64,000 nucleotides of DNA from Vicugna vicugna (taxonomy: Eukaryota): positions 496,001 through 560,000 of the forward strand of contig MU058456.1 in NCBI GenBank assembly GCA_013265495.1, in the 5' to 3' direction. Below the pieces are notes generated by a model. The model saw only the letters and a list, made by a program, of their open reading frames with translations. It was not told the DNA's origin and did no database searches. Below are positions 48,685 through 61,774 of this stretch, piece after piece. Made by a program: the position numbers and the translations under genes. The number at the start of each line of letters is the position of its first letter. Within the stretch, counting starts at the first letter, position 1.

Positions 48685-48900
48685 TGATGGTAATCATAAC
48701 AGCCAATATTATTTCCATGGGCCTGTTAATCTTATGAATGCCATATATATAATATATTCATATTCATTGATCCTCATGATAATCCCATGAGGAAGGTACT
48801 TTTGTTATCCTCATTTTACAGCTGGTAAGTAGAGAGGCCAGGATTCACACTTAGACAGTCTGGTGTCAGGGTCCATGTTCTTAATCCTTCCGGTAGACAG
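48685..48900 (-). mobile_element. MIR SINE with internal core deletion
   Basis: CATTGATCCTCATGATAATCCCATGAGG...TTATCCTCATTTTACAG joined directly to CTGGTAAGT...CCAGGATTCACACTTAGACAGTCTGG. Confidence 0.8.
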
Positions 48901-49165
48901 CCTGTCTCTGACTATACAACTGACCTGTCCACGTTGTCCTTAACTTTGATTTCTAGTATTTCTCAGCTACTAGGATCTACAAGGGAGAGGTCTGCATGAA
49001 AGGCGCATTTGCAAATCAGGCCCAAGGCTGATTGCAGATTCCATGAGCAGCCAGTTTCTGCCTGTGCCCCATGTTCACCAAATGATTGGGACCATCTGCC
49101 AGATTCTGGTGTTTTCTCCTCACAGAAAACAAGAATTGAGTTCTGTGACTTTAAAAATCCAGGAA

Positions 49166-49940
49166 ATTATCACCTCACTCCTGTAATAGTAAATACTAGA
49201 GAAGATGGACAGAAAAGGGAACCTTGTACACTGTTGGTGGGAATGTAAATTGGTGCAGCCATTATGGAAAAAAGTATGGAGGATCCTTAACTAAAAACAA
49301 AACTACAATATGATCCAGCAGTTCCACTCCTGGGTAGATATCTAGAAAAGACAAAAATCCTAATTTGAAAAGATATATACACACTGTTTATAGCAGCACT
49401 GTTTACAGTAGCCAAGACATGGAAGCAACCCAGGTACTCATCAACAGATGAATGGATAAAGAAGTTGTGTGTGTAGGGGTGTGTGTATGTGTGTGTATAA
49501 AATATACACAATGGAATATTACTCACCCATGAAAAAGAATGAACTTGAGTCATTTGCAGCAACATGGATGAATGTAGATAATATTATGCTTAGTGAAATA
49601 AATCAGAGAAAGACAAATACTATGTAACTTATATGTGGAATCTAAAAAATAATACAAATGAATGTGTGTGCAAAACAGAAATAGACTCATAGATACAAAT
49701 AGAAAACTTGTGGTACCAAAGGGGAGTAGAGGGAAGAGTGTGGACAAATTAAGGGTATGGGATTAACAGATGCAGACTACTGTATGTAAAATAGACAAGC
49801 AACAAGGATATACTATATAGCACAGGGAATATACCTAATACTTTGTAATAACCCATAATGGATATAATCTGCAAAAATACTGAATCACTATACTGTACAT
49901 CTGAAACTAACACAGCATGGTAAATCAACTATAATTTTTA
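49166..49940 (+). mobile_element. 5'-truncated artiodactyl-type L1 (ORF2 C-terminus and 3'UTR) with TSD
   Basis: TATCACCTCACTCCTGT...ACACTGTTGGTGGGAATGTAAATTGGTGCAGCC...GTAAATCAACTATA; TSD AAAAATC(C/G)AGGAA at 49153-49165 and 49941-49953 at a TT/AAAA endonuclease site. Confidence 0.9.
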
Positions 49941-50059
49941 AAAAATCGAGGAACTGGATTTAAGAAGGAACTTAAGAAGAGAGCACTAAAGAGCTCTCTT
50001 GGTGTGTGAGTGCCTGGCCCAGGCCTGGGTTAAGCCTGTGGCATGGTAGTCAGAGTCAC

Positions 50060-50345
50060 TGTCTCACCTCTCCTCTCTTATACGTCTTGTCTCGGTCCTT
50101 GCATGTCCTTGGCACGCAGGGCATTGCCTTCTGCTGGCAAATCCTATTTGTCTACTGAAAAGTGATTCCTCACTTTCCCTCTGCATTTTCTTAAATCCAC
50201 TATTTAAATATGATGCCCTAAGCTTTTGGTCATTGCTCCTTCTGTTGATATTCTTACTGCTCTTTTCACCCCTTCTTTAAATTTCGCTTCTTAGATGGCA
50301 CATTCTTGCTTTGCCTCCCATTGAGTGGGAGCCCCTGCTCAAGTG
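50060..50345 (+). mobile_element. Degenerate LINE-2 3' fragment
   Basis: Pyrimidine-rich tract ending GCCTCCCATTGAGTGGGAGCCCCTG, like the L2 3' motif CTCCCCACTAGACTGTGAGCTCC. Confidence 0.45.
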
Positions 50346-50899
50346 TGGCCAGGGGAGAAGCACTCTGGTTTGGCTGCTGTACTTTGTGTGTGTTGGGGTA
50401 GGGGGGTCCTACCTGTGTCTCTACGGGGTTGGTTTTGTTTGTGCGCCACTAAAGAGTTAGCTTCTCTGTTCTGCATTCTCCTCTTCTGCAGTATTTGATC
50501 TCTTTTCTCTGCCTAAGGACAGTGTCGCCTCTGGTGCTGTGGCCTTTGAGGTCAACAAACTTGGGGGTGTCACTTCTGTGGTTGTATGAAAACTCTGCAG
50601 GAGGTACTGGGCCATACAGAGTTGTAAGGAAACTATCCAGACCTTTACCTTCCCTAGGTATTCTTTCCTGAAGTGAGTCTGTCCAGGAACACACCTGTAC
50701 TAATGAGCTGCCTGACTTCAACTCTCTCAAATCTCATCATGGTATATTGTCACCAGAAGTAACCTCCTCTGCTCCCTGGGGTACCAGACAAAGGGACAAC
50801 CAGTATTGGATATTGGTGTGTTGTGGAGAATGGGATATGGATCAAAGGACACTGAAATTAATCCTTTTGCAAATCAAGTGGCTTCTAAGTTTTTTTGTG

Positions 50900-51803
50900 T
50901 GTGTAAACAAAATTGAAGATGACCCGAAACAGTCTGTCAAGGAATATTGATTATCATATAAAGTTATGTTGAATTATTTATGATTTGGGGGCGTAAATGT
51001 CAGGAGGAGCACAAAGAATTAAGCACCAGTGACAGAGTAAAACCTCTTTCATTCCTGTAAACTTACCTACATGAACAAGGTTTTTTACTTTATATTTCTA
51101 ATACAAAAAAAAATTGCTGCTGAAACAGTTTTTAATTCTAGTAATAAGGAATATTTGTTCATAGATAAATGAACTACTTTGAAAAAATAAACCGTCACAA
51201 TTCATCTCAATAAGAAATGCATTTCCAATAAAAACTGACTTTTATGCTTGCTTTAATTTTTAATTATCACAAAATTAGGCATTTATTTTGTTAAATGGCA
51301 TTCTGTTAATAGTTGTAATAATAACTGAACCCAGATGAAGTTTTTAATACTATTAGAACCATTTGAAAGTAAAAACTTTTAACTTTTATAACTTTATGTT
51401 GCAGAGAAGTATGGTGGTGTGCTCAATAAAAATCTATAAAGCAGAGAACTATTACGTTAGGACAAAATTACATGGGGGAAATGGAAATACAAGTGTAAGG
51501 AAAAAAATATCCAAATATGAGAAAGTAAAAGAAAAGTCTGTTCATGTCCTTTAAATATGAATCTTGGGAATTAAATCACTATGGTATTTAGATAACAATG
51601 GACACAGTGAAAAACTTGAATAAAAGCAGTTTCATTAAAAAATGTCAATATTTACCAGATACTGGAAATTAGATTTTGTGCCACTATTTAAACCTAGATT
51701 GAACAAGCTTAGATGTGTATTTTAAATTGTGTTAGGACATACATAGTTGTTCAGATTTCTTGGGATGAGCTTGGAAGCCCTAAATGTTTGTGGACCACTT
51801 CTC
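50900..51803 (+). mobile_element. hAT-Charlie2-like DNA transposon relic (transposase C-terminus and right end)
   Basis: CTCTTTCATTCCTGTAAACTTACCTACATGAACAAGGTTTT resembles the hAT dimerisation motif LLPFPSTYLCEQGFS; long AT-rich tail ending ATGTTTGTGGACCACT. Confidence 0.65.
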
Positions 51804-51959
51804 TAAGAAACTTGACCTGGGCAAGCTGGGCTCATGACTTCCTTGTTCTGTTTTTCTGGCCTGTCACCTTGACCTCACTACTCACTGTGGTGGCATCCCA
51901 GGGCCAGAACTGATGTCACCTTTATCGATTATATTTTTTCTTCTGTTTTGACTCGGTCC

Positions 51960-52260
51960 CCAGTAAGTCAACATTGACTCAATAATCACATGCCTCCTCG
52001 TGTGTTCATCACTGGTCTCACAGATAGAGAGGAGAGGGTTCTTCCTCAGGGAGCTGGGATCTGTAGAGGGAGACTGGCCATCTGATCCTATGTGAGAAGC
52101 ACAAGGCTAGAGGGCAGCAAAGGTGTCCATGGTGCATTGGACCTTAAAAGGAGGGTTTTCTAGCAGAGTAAGACTTCATCCTAAGTTGAGTCCTAGAGGA
52201 TGAGACCCAGGATTGGACCACAACTGTTTAGCCAGGTGAGGAAGGATGGAGAAAAAGGAT
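51960..52260 (-). mobile_element. LINE-2 3' fragment
   Basis: TCAACATTGACTCAATAATCAC...TTCCTCAGGGAGCT...CTAAGTTGAGTCCTAGAGGATGAG...TTAGCCAGGTGAGG. Confidence 0.6.
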
Positions 52261-53149
52261 TCACTTCTAGTAAAAATGCTGCTATTAAGATAGAAAGATG
52301 GCCATATTCCTGCCCTTCCCCTTTTCCTTCAATGACTTGTTCTATGATCTTTTAAACATCATCTCTTTAAATAATTTTCTGGGCAAAGGACAAAATACTT
52401 TTAATAATATAAAGGCGTAGCTTATGCTCCTATCCATAAAGAAAAGACTGCTTTGGGACTTTTAGTTTTGACTATTTTCTTGCAAATTGTGGGTAAGTAG
52501 CATGTCCAGTGTATTAGTTTTGACATATGGTTACACCCAGTGCAGCCTCAGTTGAGCTGTCTCTGGAGATTACAAAGGCATAGAGTTAAATTTCCCAAGT
52601 TGGAAAAGAGGCTTTAGAAATGAATTTCTTGCTCCACTCTCAGTGACTTCACTCCTATTTCCCTAGGGAGGTTGCTAGGCATTTAATAGATCCCTACATT
52701 AGGAAAATTCTTCCTGGCATTTCAGTCTTCGGTGTTTCCCCACCTCCTCCCTTACGTTGAGGAGGCTGCTTCTAATTTCCTTTATGTTCATATTTATAAA
52801 ATGCCTCTAGATGATTATCTCTACCTATTATCATTGGGATAGCCTTCCGGTATTAGCTGTCTTAGTCCCTTCCAGTTATGCAAAGCCCCATTAATTGACT
52901 GAAAAAGAGGAGGAGGCCATGCGAGGAATGAGACCAGGCCTGGTTCCCACCACCTCCGCACAGATGTCGGCCTGCCTCCATGCCTGAGCTCTCGCTGGGA
53001 CATGAGGGACGTCGTTTCAGCTGGGACAGTGTTCTGTTGTTCTTGGCCATTGTACAGTGGCTTACATCCTGTGTGCTTTAAAAAAAAAATGTCCTTTTTC
53101 TCAAAGGCTCTTTTCAGTGTCTTTGGGGTTCATGTGATGTGACAGAATA

Positions 53150-53212
53150 TAAATACATATATATATAATTTATATGTTTATATATTTTTATACACACACA
53201 CACACACACACA
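53150..53212. repeat. (TA)-rich and (CA)n microsatellite
   Basis: Directly visible. Confidence 0.9.
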
Positions 53213-54899
53213 TTATTTGAAACCAGTGTTTTGTTAGCTTTGCTAAGGAAATAAAGCGTAAGTGAAATGAAAGGAGCCATCCTGGAAGGTATTTTTTTTA
53301 AGCACCCCTAAAACTTTGCTTAAAGTACGGATTATTTAAGTATAATGTCGTCGTCTTCATTAAATCAGACACCTGGCCTCTTCTGTCTGCTGGTATTTTG
53401 TTCGTTTATAGGAGCTTTTCTTAGTGAAGTTTCTTTTGGTATCTTCCGAACCAGGGCCCCCTGAGGGCCTGGACCCAGTTCAAGCCGCAGGCACGGGCAC
53501 AGGCTGGCAAGAGTGAGTGTGATGGGCTCAGAGTGCGCAGGTGCTGCCTTGGGGCGCCGGCTCCCGCAGTGTCACATGGCACAAACATGGCCACCGGGTG
53601 GCTATTAACCTGAGGACAGTTACCGGCTTGCTGGTCAACCTTGAAGATCCCTATTACAGGGTTATTTGTGTTTGAAACTGATACGATTGAATTGTTTCAA
53701 GAAATATCATTGTTTGAGCTTTTTGCTAATTCCTAGTTTCCCCAGGTTTACCAGGATTGTGCCCTGTTGCTGTCATGCTTTGCTTTCCTCCATCTTCCTT
53801 CTCCCATGTATCCTGCTTTTGAGATCTCATTCCCTCTTGGTTACTTTCTACACCATTCAGTTTCTCTTCCTTGCCTCCTGCTGGACTTCCCGTTGAGTTC
53901 TTCAATAAAGCTCTGCATTTTGAAAGAGTTACCTTGCGTCATGCTTTGTTATACCTTTGTATAGTCACATCTGGCTCTGAGCTCCCTCTTCTTTTGGTCT
54001 TTAACAACACATACAGTTACATCCTGGCGTTTTCTAAGAAACATTCAATTTCCTGACTCCTTGGGAGGAGAACCAGTGGATTGTTCAAGTACAGAATGGT
54101 TCAGGTGCCTTAATGGAAGTGAAGCACGTGTGTTTGGAAATTATTTTCCTTTGAGAAGCTGAGTCCAACTACTGTGGATGGCATGAGGTTGCCTTGCATT
54201 TGGACCAACCATTACTAGGAAGGCACCACCTTGCTTACTTACTTTTGCTTGACAATTTTAAAAGCTTTCTCAAACCTCAAGAGTTGCAAGTGAAGATGTA
54301 ACTAATCCTTTTTAGAGGAAATATAAACTAACTAATTTGATTCCTAATGAGCTTTCTTCCCAATGGGGAATCACAGTGAAATAAAGCTAGGAAGGAAGAC
54401 AAGTGTTTTTTAAAGTTCTCTTTCCCTCCTGAAGCTGAGAATTTCCTCTTGATAAACTATAAGCTGAACAAACACTAAGACCAGATGTTTAGTGGGTTAT
54501 ACATTATCCTGAATTATTTACAAACTGAGATGAAATAAAGTGTTCTTGCTTCACTGTGCAGTGTTTTACAGATTTGCTTTTCTTAATTCACAGAAATTTG
54601 GGCAAACATCAAGATCTACTACATTGTTAAAACAAAGTGCAATTAAAACAGACTTTTTTTCCCCTAAAAGTATTTGTGTTTTGTGTTGTATTTCAAAAAG
54701 GTTGTGGTCAGCCTACCTGATTTATGCTCAAGTGTTTTTAAGCTTTGGCCATCCTCACTGGACCATTACCTCCTGTGAACACAGAGAAGAGTTACCCTTA
54801 TATACAGATGTTAAATATCAGTGGTAGGAACAGACATTCTTATTTTAATCTATTACTATTGCTGCTACTATTGCAACTACTATTTATTGAGCCCTTATC

Positions 54900-55720
54900 A
54901 TATGTTTTTGAGGTTCATGGGAAGCCCTTTGGTAGTTCATTGTGAAATAGGATCTCAAATATTGATTAGTGATAGATATTGTAAGTTTACTGAAGTTTTT
55001 TATCAGGAATGACTTTTTTGAATTTTTTTCAAATGCAGTTTTGGCATCTTAGAGTATGATCGCATTATAGCTATATGTGACTTGAGAATTATTTTAGAAT
55101 TTTTGACATATTTATAAGCAAGATGGTTTTATATTTCTTACACTGTTTTTTAAAGTTTTGATGTCAGGGTTATGCTGGGTTTTAGAAAACAAAATGTGAA
55201 ACTTGGGGGGTGTTTTTCTTCCCTGTACCATGTAACATTTTAAATCACATAGAAATTCTATCTCTTAAAGCTTTGCTTTTGCTCCCTTGTAAAATCACTG
55301 TCAACATTGTTTATTTCTGTATAGTTATTGAATCATTCAGAGTCTCCTTTGAGTTAATTTTGATAATTTATACTTTCTTAGGAATCATTATTTTCATCTA
55401 CTGTTTCAAACTTTTAGCATAAAATTTTATATATTCTTTTCAACTTGTGTTAAATCTCCTTTGTCTCTTCGGCTATATCCATTTTCCTATTTCCAATGTT
55501 GTGTAATTGTATTTTTTCTCTTTCTTGATGAGCTTTGCAAGAGCTTTATATATTTTATTCATCTTTTTAAAGAACCAGCTGTTCTACTGTTTATATTCTA
55601 ATCCCTTAATTTCTGTGTTTATCTTTTTAATGATTCTTTAGCTTCCTTTAGGTTTATTTGATTTTTTTAAAGCTTGAGTTGAATAATTTAATTAAAAATG
55701 TTTTTCTTGTTTAGTAATGA
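54900..55720 (-). mobile_element. Old L1 ORF2 relic (L1M/L1ME)
   Basis: T-rich antisense L1 text: TTTTTTTCAAATGCAGTTTTGGCATCT, TATCAGG/TCAGGGTTATGCTGG, TTTATTCATCTTTTTAAAGAACCAGCT. Confidence 0.65.
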
Positions 55721-55744
55721 CATGCCTGTTTTAAGGTGGCATTT

Positions 55745-58015
55745 TCTGATCTCTCTCCTCCAACCTTCCATCTCTCCTTCCATCTTCACTTTTAGCTGGT
55801 GAACTTAATCCCTATATTGGTGAGAAAATCGATAGTCAGAAGAGAGATTCCAGAGACTCCCCAACCCATCTCCCCACCCAGCATCTCCACTACTGTCCTC
55901 TCTTTTTCTTGTTGAATAGGTAACAATCCATGCTAGTCACAGAAGAGTCATAGTTAACTATTCGGGCTCCTGTCTAAAGCCAGTCCCTCTGCAAGTGCTC
56001 CCATCCTGTCTCTCACCCAGTCAAAAGAAGCCACCCCACAGAATGTGGGGATATTGGGGAGATCTTGTTTGAGGATATACTCTTCTAACTTATAGATAAA
56101 TAAGTTCTAGAAATCTAATTCACAGCATAGAGATTATAGTCAACAAGACTGTGTTACAAACTTCAAAGTTGCTAAGAGACTAGATCTTAATTATCGTTAC
56201 CACACACACACATACAAACACACACACACATACACACAAAAAACTCCAGAGAAATGATAATTATGTGTCAGGATAGAGGTGTTGGCTAATGCTATTGTGG
56301 TAATCATACTGCAGTATATAAATGAATAAAATGAACACAATGTATACTTTAGATGTACAAAAAGTTACATGTCAATTTTATTTCATATAAAAAGGAAAGA
56401 AATCACTCCAGTGATTGTTCCATTTCCCTCTTAGCTCAGATGCTCCCTTTCCTGGTGTCTTCACACATTATGCTGTTAAAGCTCCATCTTCCATAAACCT
56501 TCTCTTGTCCTTGCTTTCCACCAGGTGCCACATTTTCATTGTTCTACTGGACAAACTCCTCCCAAGAGTTATTTCTATGCACTGTCTCAAATTCATGTTT
56601 CCCCAGTCTCTCTTGAACTCAGCCTATCAGGCTTTGATCCCCTCACTCCATGGAGACTACTCTTGTCAGGGTTATCGATGGCCTCCATTGGTCACCTAAC
56701 GACACTGGTCAGTTCTCAGACCTCATGTATAATGGTTAGTCTTTCCTCTCTTGTCAGTACGATTCTCATTTGGTCTCTAGGGCACCTCAAACTCTTGGTT
56801 GTCTTCCTATGTCACCGGTTGCTCCTTTTCACTGTCCTTTGCTGGTTCCTCCATTTTCCCCCTGACCTTTTAATGTTGCTATGTCCCAGAGTGTGCTCTT
56901 GGCCTCCTCTCTTGGCGGTTTTGACTCTCTCCTTTGTGATCTTACCCAGCATGCTGGCTACCATCTTGATATCTCCAGCTTGATATCTCTGGCCCTCATG
57001 TTTCTAACAATATCCAGATGAACATATCTAGCTGCCTACTTGATATGTCACTCTACTCGAATGACTAATAGACATCACTAACAGAATATGTCTCAAACTG
57101 AATTTTTCATCTGCTTTCCAATCCTGTTCAACAAGTCTTCTCCATCTCAGTAAATGGCGGCTTCATCTTTCTCATTGCTCACGCTATGTTGAAGTCACTC
57201 TTCAGGTTTGATTCTCTCTCGTGCCAAATCCAGGAAAAATTCTCTTGGTTTTACCTTCAAACTCGGCCAGAATCTGGTTACTTCTCACCTTCACTATTGC
57301 TACTACCCAGGCCTGAGTCACCACTGTCTCTCATTGTAAGTACCTCCGTAGTCTCCAAAATGGTCTCCCTGTGCCCACTGTGCTCTGTGCCCAAAAGAGC
57401 AGCCAGAGTGATCGTTTCAAACTGTCAGCCAGATCAACCCACTTTTCTGCCCTGGACTGTGCAGTCAGTCCACATTGTACTCAGGATCAAAGCCAAAGTC
57501 CTTACACATAACTTGGCCAGCTACTTCTCAGACCTTTCCAACTCCTACTTTTCCCTCCCTCACTCCACCCCAACCGGGCGGCTTCCTTCCTGGTGTTTGG
57601 GTGTGCCAGCATGCTGTTGCCTCAGTGCCTCTGCTGTTTCAAGCCCATGTCTAGAAATTCTTCCCCTAGATATCCGGAAGGTGGATTCCCTCAATCCCTT
57701 TGAGTCTTTATCAGATGTCATCTTCTCCTGGAGGCTCACACTGACCTCCCTATTTAAAACTGTAGCCCCTCCCATCCACTCCCAACTCCCTTCGCCACAT
57801 GCTAATTTTTTGCTTCCACAGTGCTTTTAATTGTCTACCAAATTATTTAACTTACTGTATTTGTTGTCTGCCCCCCTCATTCAAATGTAAATTCCAGGAG
57901 GGCAGAGATGTTTGTCTTTGTTTTTTTCCACTCATGTGTCTGAAGCACATAGAAAGAACAGTGCTTGGCACGTTGAGGGAACTCAATGCGTGTATGTCAG
58001 ATGAATGGGAAATGA
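55745..58015 (+). mobile_element. Long LINE-2 (L2a-like) ORF2 end to 3' terminus
   Basis: L2 motifs CTGCCTACTTGATATGTC, ATGTCTCAAACTGAA, TCTTCTCCATCTCAGTAAATGGC; ORF 57186-57830 contains the L2 ORF2 remnant AARVI...LRIKAKVL; ends AAATGTAAATTCCAGGAGGGCAG...AGAACAGTGCTTGGCAC...GATGAATG. Confidence 0.9.
56041..56395 (+). mobile_element. L1MA9-like 3' end inserted in L2
   Basis: AATAAGTTCTAGAAATCTAA...AAAGTTGCTAAGAGACTAGATCTTAA...TGTGGTAATCAT...TGTCAATTTTATTTCA then an A-rich tail; degenerate TSD AAAGAAGCCACCCCA / AAAGAAATCACTCCA. Confidence 0.85.
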
Positions 58016-60869
58016 AGGCTGTAATTTGCCTGTGAAAAATGTTGGCTGCAGCCCATAGATTTTGATGTTCAACATACTCATTGTCCTTAGTTTCGAAATA
58101 GTTTTCTGGGATTTGCAGTCTCTTTCTGAATGGAGAGAGATGACTACAGTGAGGGAGGCAGCCATATTTGGAGACACAAGGGAGGCGTATTCAGGGGGCA
58201 ATGCCCTCCTTACTCCCCATATCAGTGTCTCAGGTGGAGAAGGAGACAGCTGCTGAATATCTTAGTTGAAAATGTATGTGCCTGAGTCAGGGAAGTGGTA
58301 GAAAACTTACAAAGCAACCTCCCACCTTTTAAAATAAAATCTATTAATGAAATGAAGTAAGGATCTGCTGTGAGCCGAACATCGTGTATTTCTATCTTGT
58401 CATTACATTGGGTCCTTGCTGGGTTCTGGCTGTAGTTTGTGTTTTCAGCAGGCTTGGGTTTTGGAGGTACTATGAATATTCACTCTTTTCAAAATCTTCA
58501 GTGACATTTTAGTGAGAAGTTGGGAGAGGCAGCACCAGGAACTTAGATGGACACCATTTTTAATCAAAAATCTCTTCTTTACAGGTGTGAGTTTGTGGAA
58601 ACCTTTGTCCTGAACGTTGATCATTTTGAAGTCCTGAGAGGTTCTTCTTCCTATTCATTTTTCAAGTGATCTTTCTTAAACACAATGAGGTCTGTTTTAG
58701 AATTCTTGACTCTAGGTCTCCTATTAAGCCTGCTTTGTTAAGTGGCCTGAGAAATAGCCCAGAAGCAAGTATGTTTCCCTGTTGTAGAGCTGGTAGTGCT
58801 GTGAACCAGAATTGCTAAAAGGAGCTTCAGCCATGGCATAGCTGACCATGTCCTTTCAGAGGACTTCCTTCTGCAATGCTTGAAAAATGATGTAGAACCT
58901 TAGTGATAAGACAATTGCTAATTATTTTTCATTTTTGACATCACAGGGAGGTGGAAAGAATTTGATGAATAAAGGGGGATTACTTATTCCCTTTTGCAAA
59001 ATTTGAGCTTTCTTTGTGGCTGTCGAGAAAAATGGGAATCTTCAGAATTGATGCTTGTGTGCTTTTCCCAGCAATGATCTCAAACTGATCCTTTTATTTT
59101 CCTTTTTAATCAGAGTATTACAGAACATTTTTCCACTTAGCTACATCATTTAAGAGGAAAAGATCAAGTTACTTAAAACCAAATCACATTTTTATTAAAA
59201 CATGATGCCTCATGAAGCCGACTTCTCTTAGTTTGTCTCGTATTTTTAAGAAATACTTTAGGCAGAACATTCGGTGATGGTGAAATTTATACCAGGCACA
59301 TTCTCCCCTAAGCAGTCTCTGGAACACCTCCCCAATTCTCCCTTTGCCAAATACATGGCCAGGATATTTCTGGGGATGGTGGATGGAAGGGGAACAAGGG
59401 AGATATTTTGAAAGTTTGACTCAAGGATATAAAATAGGAAATTGTCACTTTTAGTGGAATTATTCTCTTTTTATTTCCAAGCAAATACGGAGCTTCAACA
59501 CTGGCCCACCTTACTAAGGTATTAATTTTCCACTTGGCAGAGGATGGCGATCTTATTCATTCCTTTGACTTTCCTTTAACAACAGTTATATCATTACTCT
59601 TCAGATGTTGGTTGTAAGTTGTTGATTTAAAAATACACTTACCAGGTGTGGAGTACAGAAATACAGGACAAGGTTTTGTGTATTGAACGGTCTCCCTGGT
59701 TAACCAAAATTTCATGGTGGGTGCCAGTTTAAATTCAAATCCAGTAAACTCCCCAACCAGGTGGAATTCTGACTGCTAGTGGATTATAGATGTGGTTTTG
59801 AGTCTTTCTTGCCCTAACTTAGAAACTGGAGAGTCTATTTATGTATTATTAAAGGTAGAACGCTTTCAAGTAGTGTTATCTTATATGGTCCCTCTGTGGG
59901 CTATAACCATCCTTTTATTTTCTCTTTAAATGTCCTATTTTTTCTTTTGGAAAACACTCAAAATTGGTTGTTTCCTTATTTTCCACCTAAATTGGCCTTG
60001 CTCTTAATGAAATATTATGTCATTTTTAAGAAATGCTGTTATTTTTCTGGTCATAGGATTATACTGTTTTTTTTTTTTCATTTTAAATTTCTGCCAGTTG
60101 TGTTTAGTTTATATCTTAAGGATGAAGTGATACACCTTTCTTATTAGACCACCTATATTAATCTTTTATTTGATCCGAAGGAATATTTTTTAAATGGTTT
60201 CATATTTCTTTCTTAGTTTCAAGTATTGTTCACAAATCTGAATTTCAACAGAAATTGCTTAGTACATCTGTGAGATTTAGTTTTAAGCTCCAAGAACATA
60301 TGCATATTTTATCATTCTTCTTACATTCTTAATCTGATTTTCAAAATGATTATAAATATTGGATGTGCCCATGACTTATTACCAAGTAAGATCCTCCTTT
60401 CCCCCAAAAGAATACGATGCCTGATGATTCATTTGCTTCAAATGCCTTCAGAACTTTAATGGTTTTATTATCAACAAATAAGAAAGCCAAAAATATGGGT
60501 ATTAAAAACTCTTAACCTTTATATCTTCATGACAAATGAAGGAATCTTTCTCTATATAGTATTGACATTGCTCATTGAAACCAAGATCCAAGATCCCTAA
60601 ATATTTTAGATGGCTTGACCATTATCTAGGTATAATATTCTAAAAGGTCTGCTCTCCTTTTGGTCTACTAACTGGTCTGTCTAGCCTTATATTTCTTGGT
60701 GTCCTTGTATCTACTAAAAGGAGAAGAGTATGAGCCAAAAAATTGAACGCATCATACGTGCATTTCTATTTTCACCTTTTAAAATGCAGACATTTATTGT
60801 GTACCAACTCTGCAGTCGGCAGAATGATCAGTGCTAGGGACTCGAATTTGTAATATCTGATCTTGATGG

Positions 60870-61772
60870 TATTCATTCATTTATTCATTAAACAGGTATT
60901 TATTGAGAGCACATTATGTGTCAGGCACTGGAACATGGTGGTAATAAAATAAAGACTGCTATTCCTACTTGGAGAAACAGACATTAAACAAGGTATTAAG
61001 TTACAAATATGTATACATGGGTCTAACATTGCGTGTGTATATGCATATATGTAATATGTATACATACAGTTCATACACACATACACATGCATGCACAAGC
61101 TAGTGGTAAGTGATAAAGAAAAGAAGCCAATGGAGTGAGCCAGGAAAGAGAATGGGAAGGCAATCATAGGTTAAAAATTTATATAAGGTGATCAGGAAAG
61201 GCTGAGAATGTCCCACTAAGAAGGTAACATTTGAGTAAAGACCTGGAGGAAGTGGATAAAAGCTTTCTTGCCCAATTGAAGAGAGGCACATAGGAAATCG
61301 ATTTTTGTGGGGTAGATACAGATTTTGCTGGGAGCCTAGAGCAGATTCACCTACACACATTGCAAGTTTCCAGGAAGGCTGTCAGCCTGGGTCTCAGAGG
61401 AAGAGCGTAGCAGAGGGACAGGTGAGAGCTGGCTGCATTACACAGGACGTGGTAGATGCTTGGGAGTTTCTGGGAAGCGTTGGTTTGGCTCTGTGGGCAC
61501 TGACGGGCTGTAAGGGAGAGATTGGCAGGGTCAGATCTGCATTTTGAATAGACCATTCTGGCAAAGGGGTGGAGGTTGATTTAAGGGGACATAATGGAGA
61601 TCGGTTTGGAGGCTTTTCTAATGGCTCTTGTGAGAGGTGTTGGCCTCATCTAGGAAGTGGTGTGAGGGAGCAGGGGTTGGGAGGGTGTAGAGGTCAGGAT
61701 ACATTTAGGAAGTAATCGCAGCAGAACTTGGTGGTTGCACGTGAGGGGTAAAGGCAAGAGGAGTCAAGTAAG
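60870..61772 (-). mobile_element. LINE-2 3' end
   Basis: ATTCATTCATTTATTCATTAAACAGGTATTTATTGAGAGCACATTATGTGTCAGGCACTG (antisense L2 (TGAA)n terminus) and body; a second short L2 end at about 60785-60860. Confidence 0.85.
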
Positions 61773-61774
61773 CT

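Noticed and set aside
51061..51090. Minus-strand TAG|GTAAGT motif
   Set aside because: Inside the Charlie2-like relic, poor pyrimidine tract, opposite to the inferred host strand
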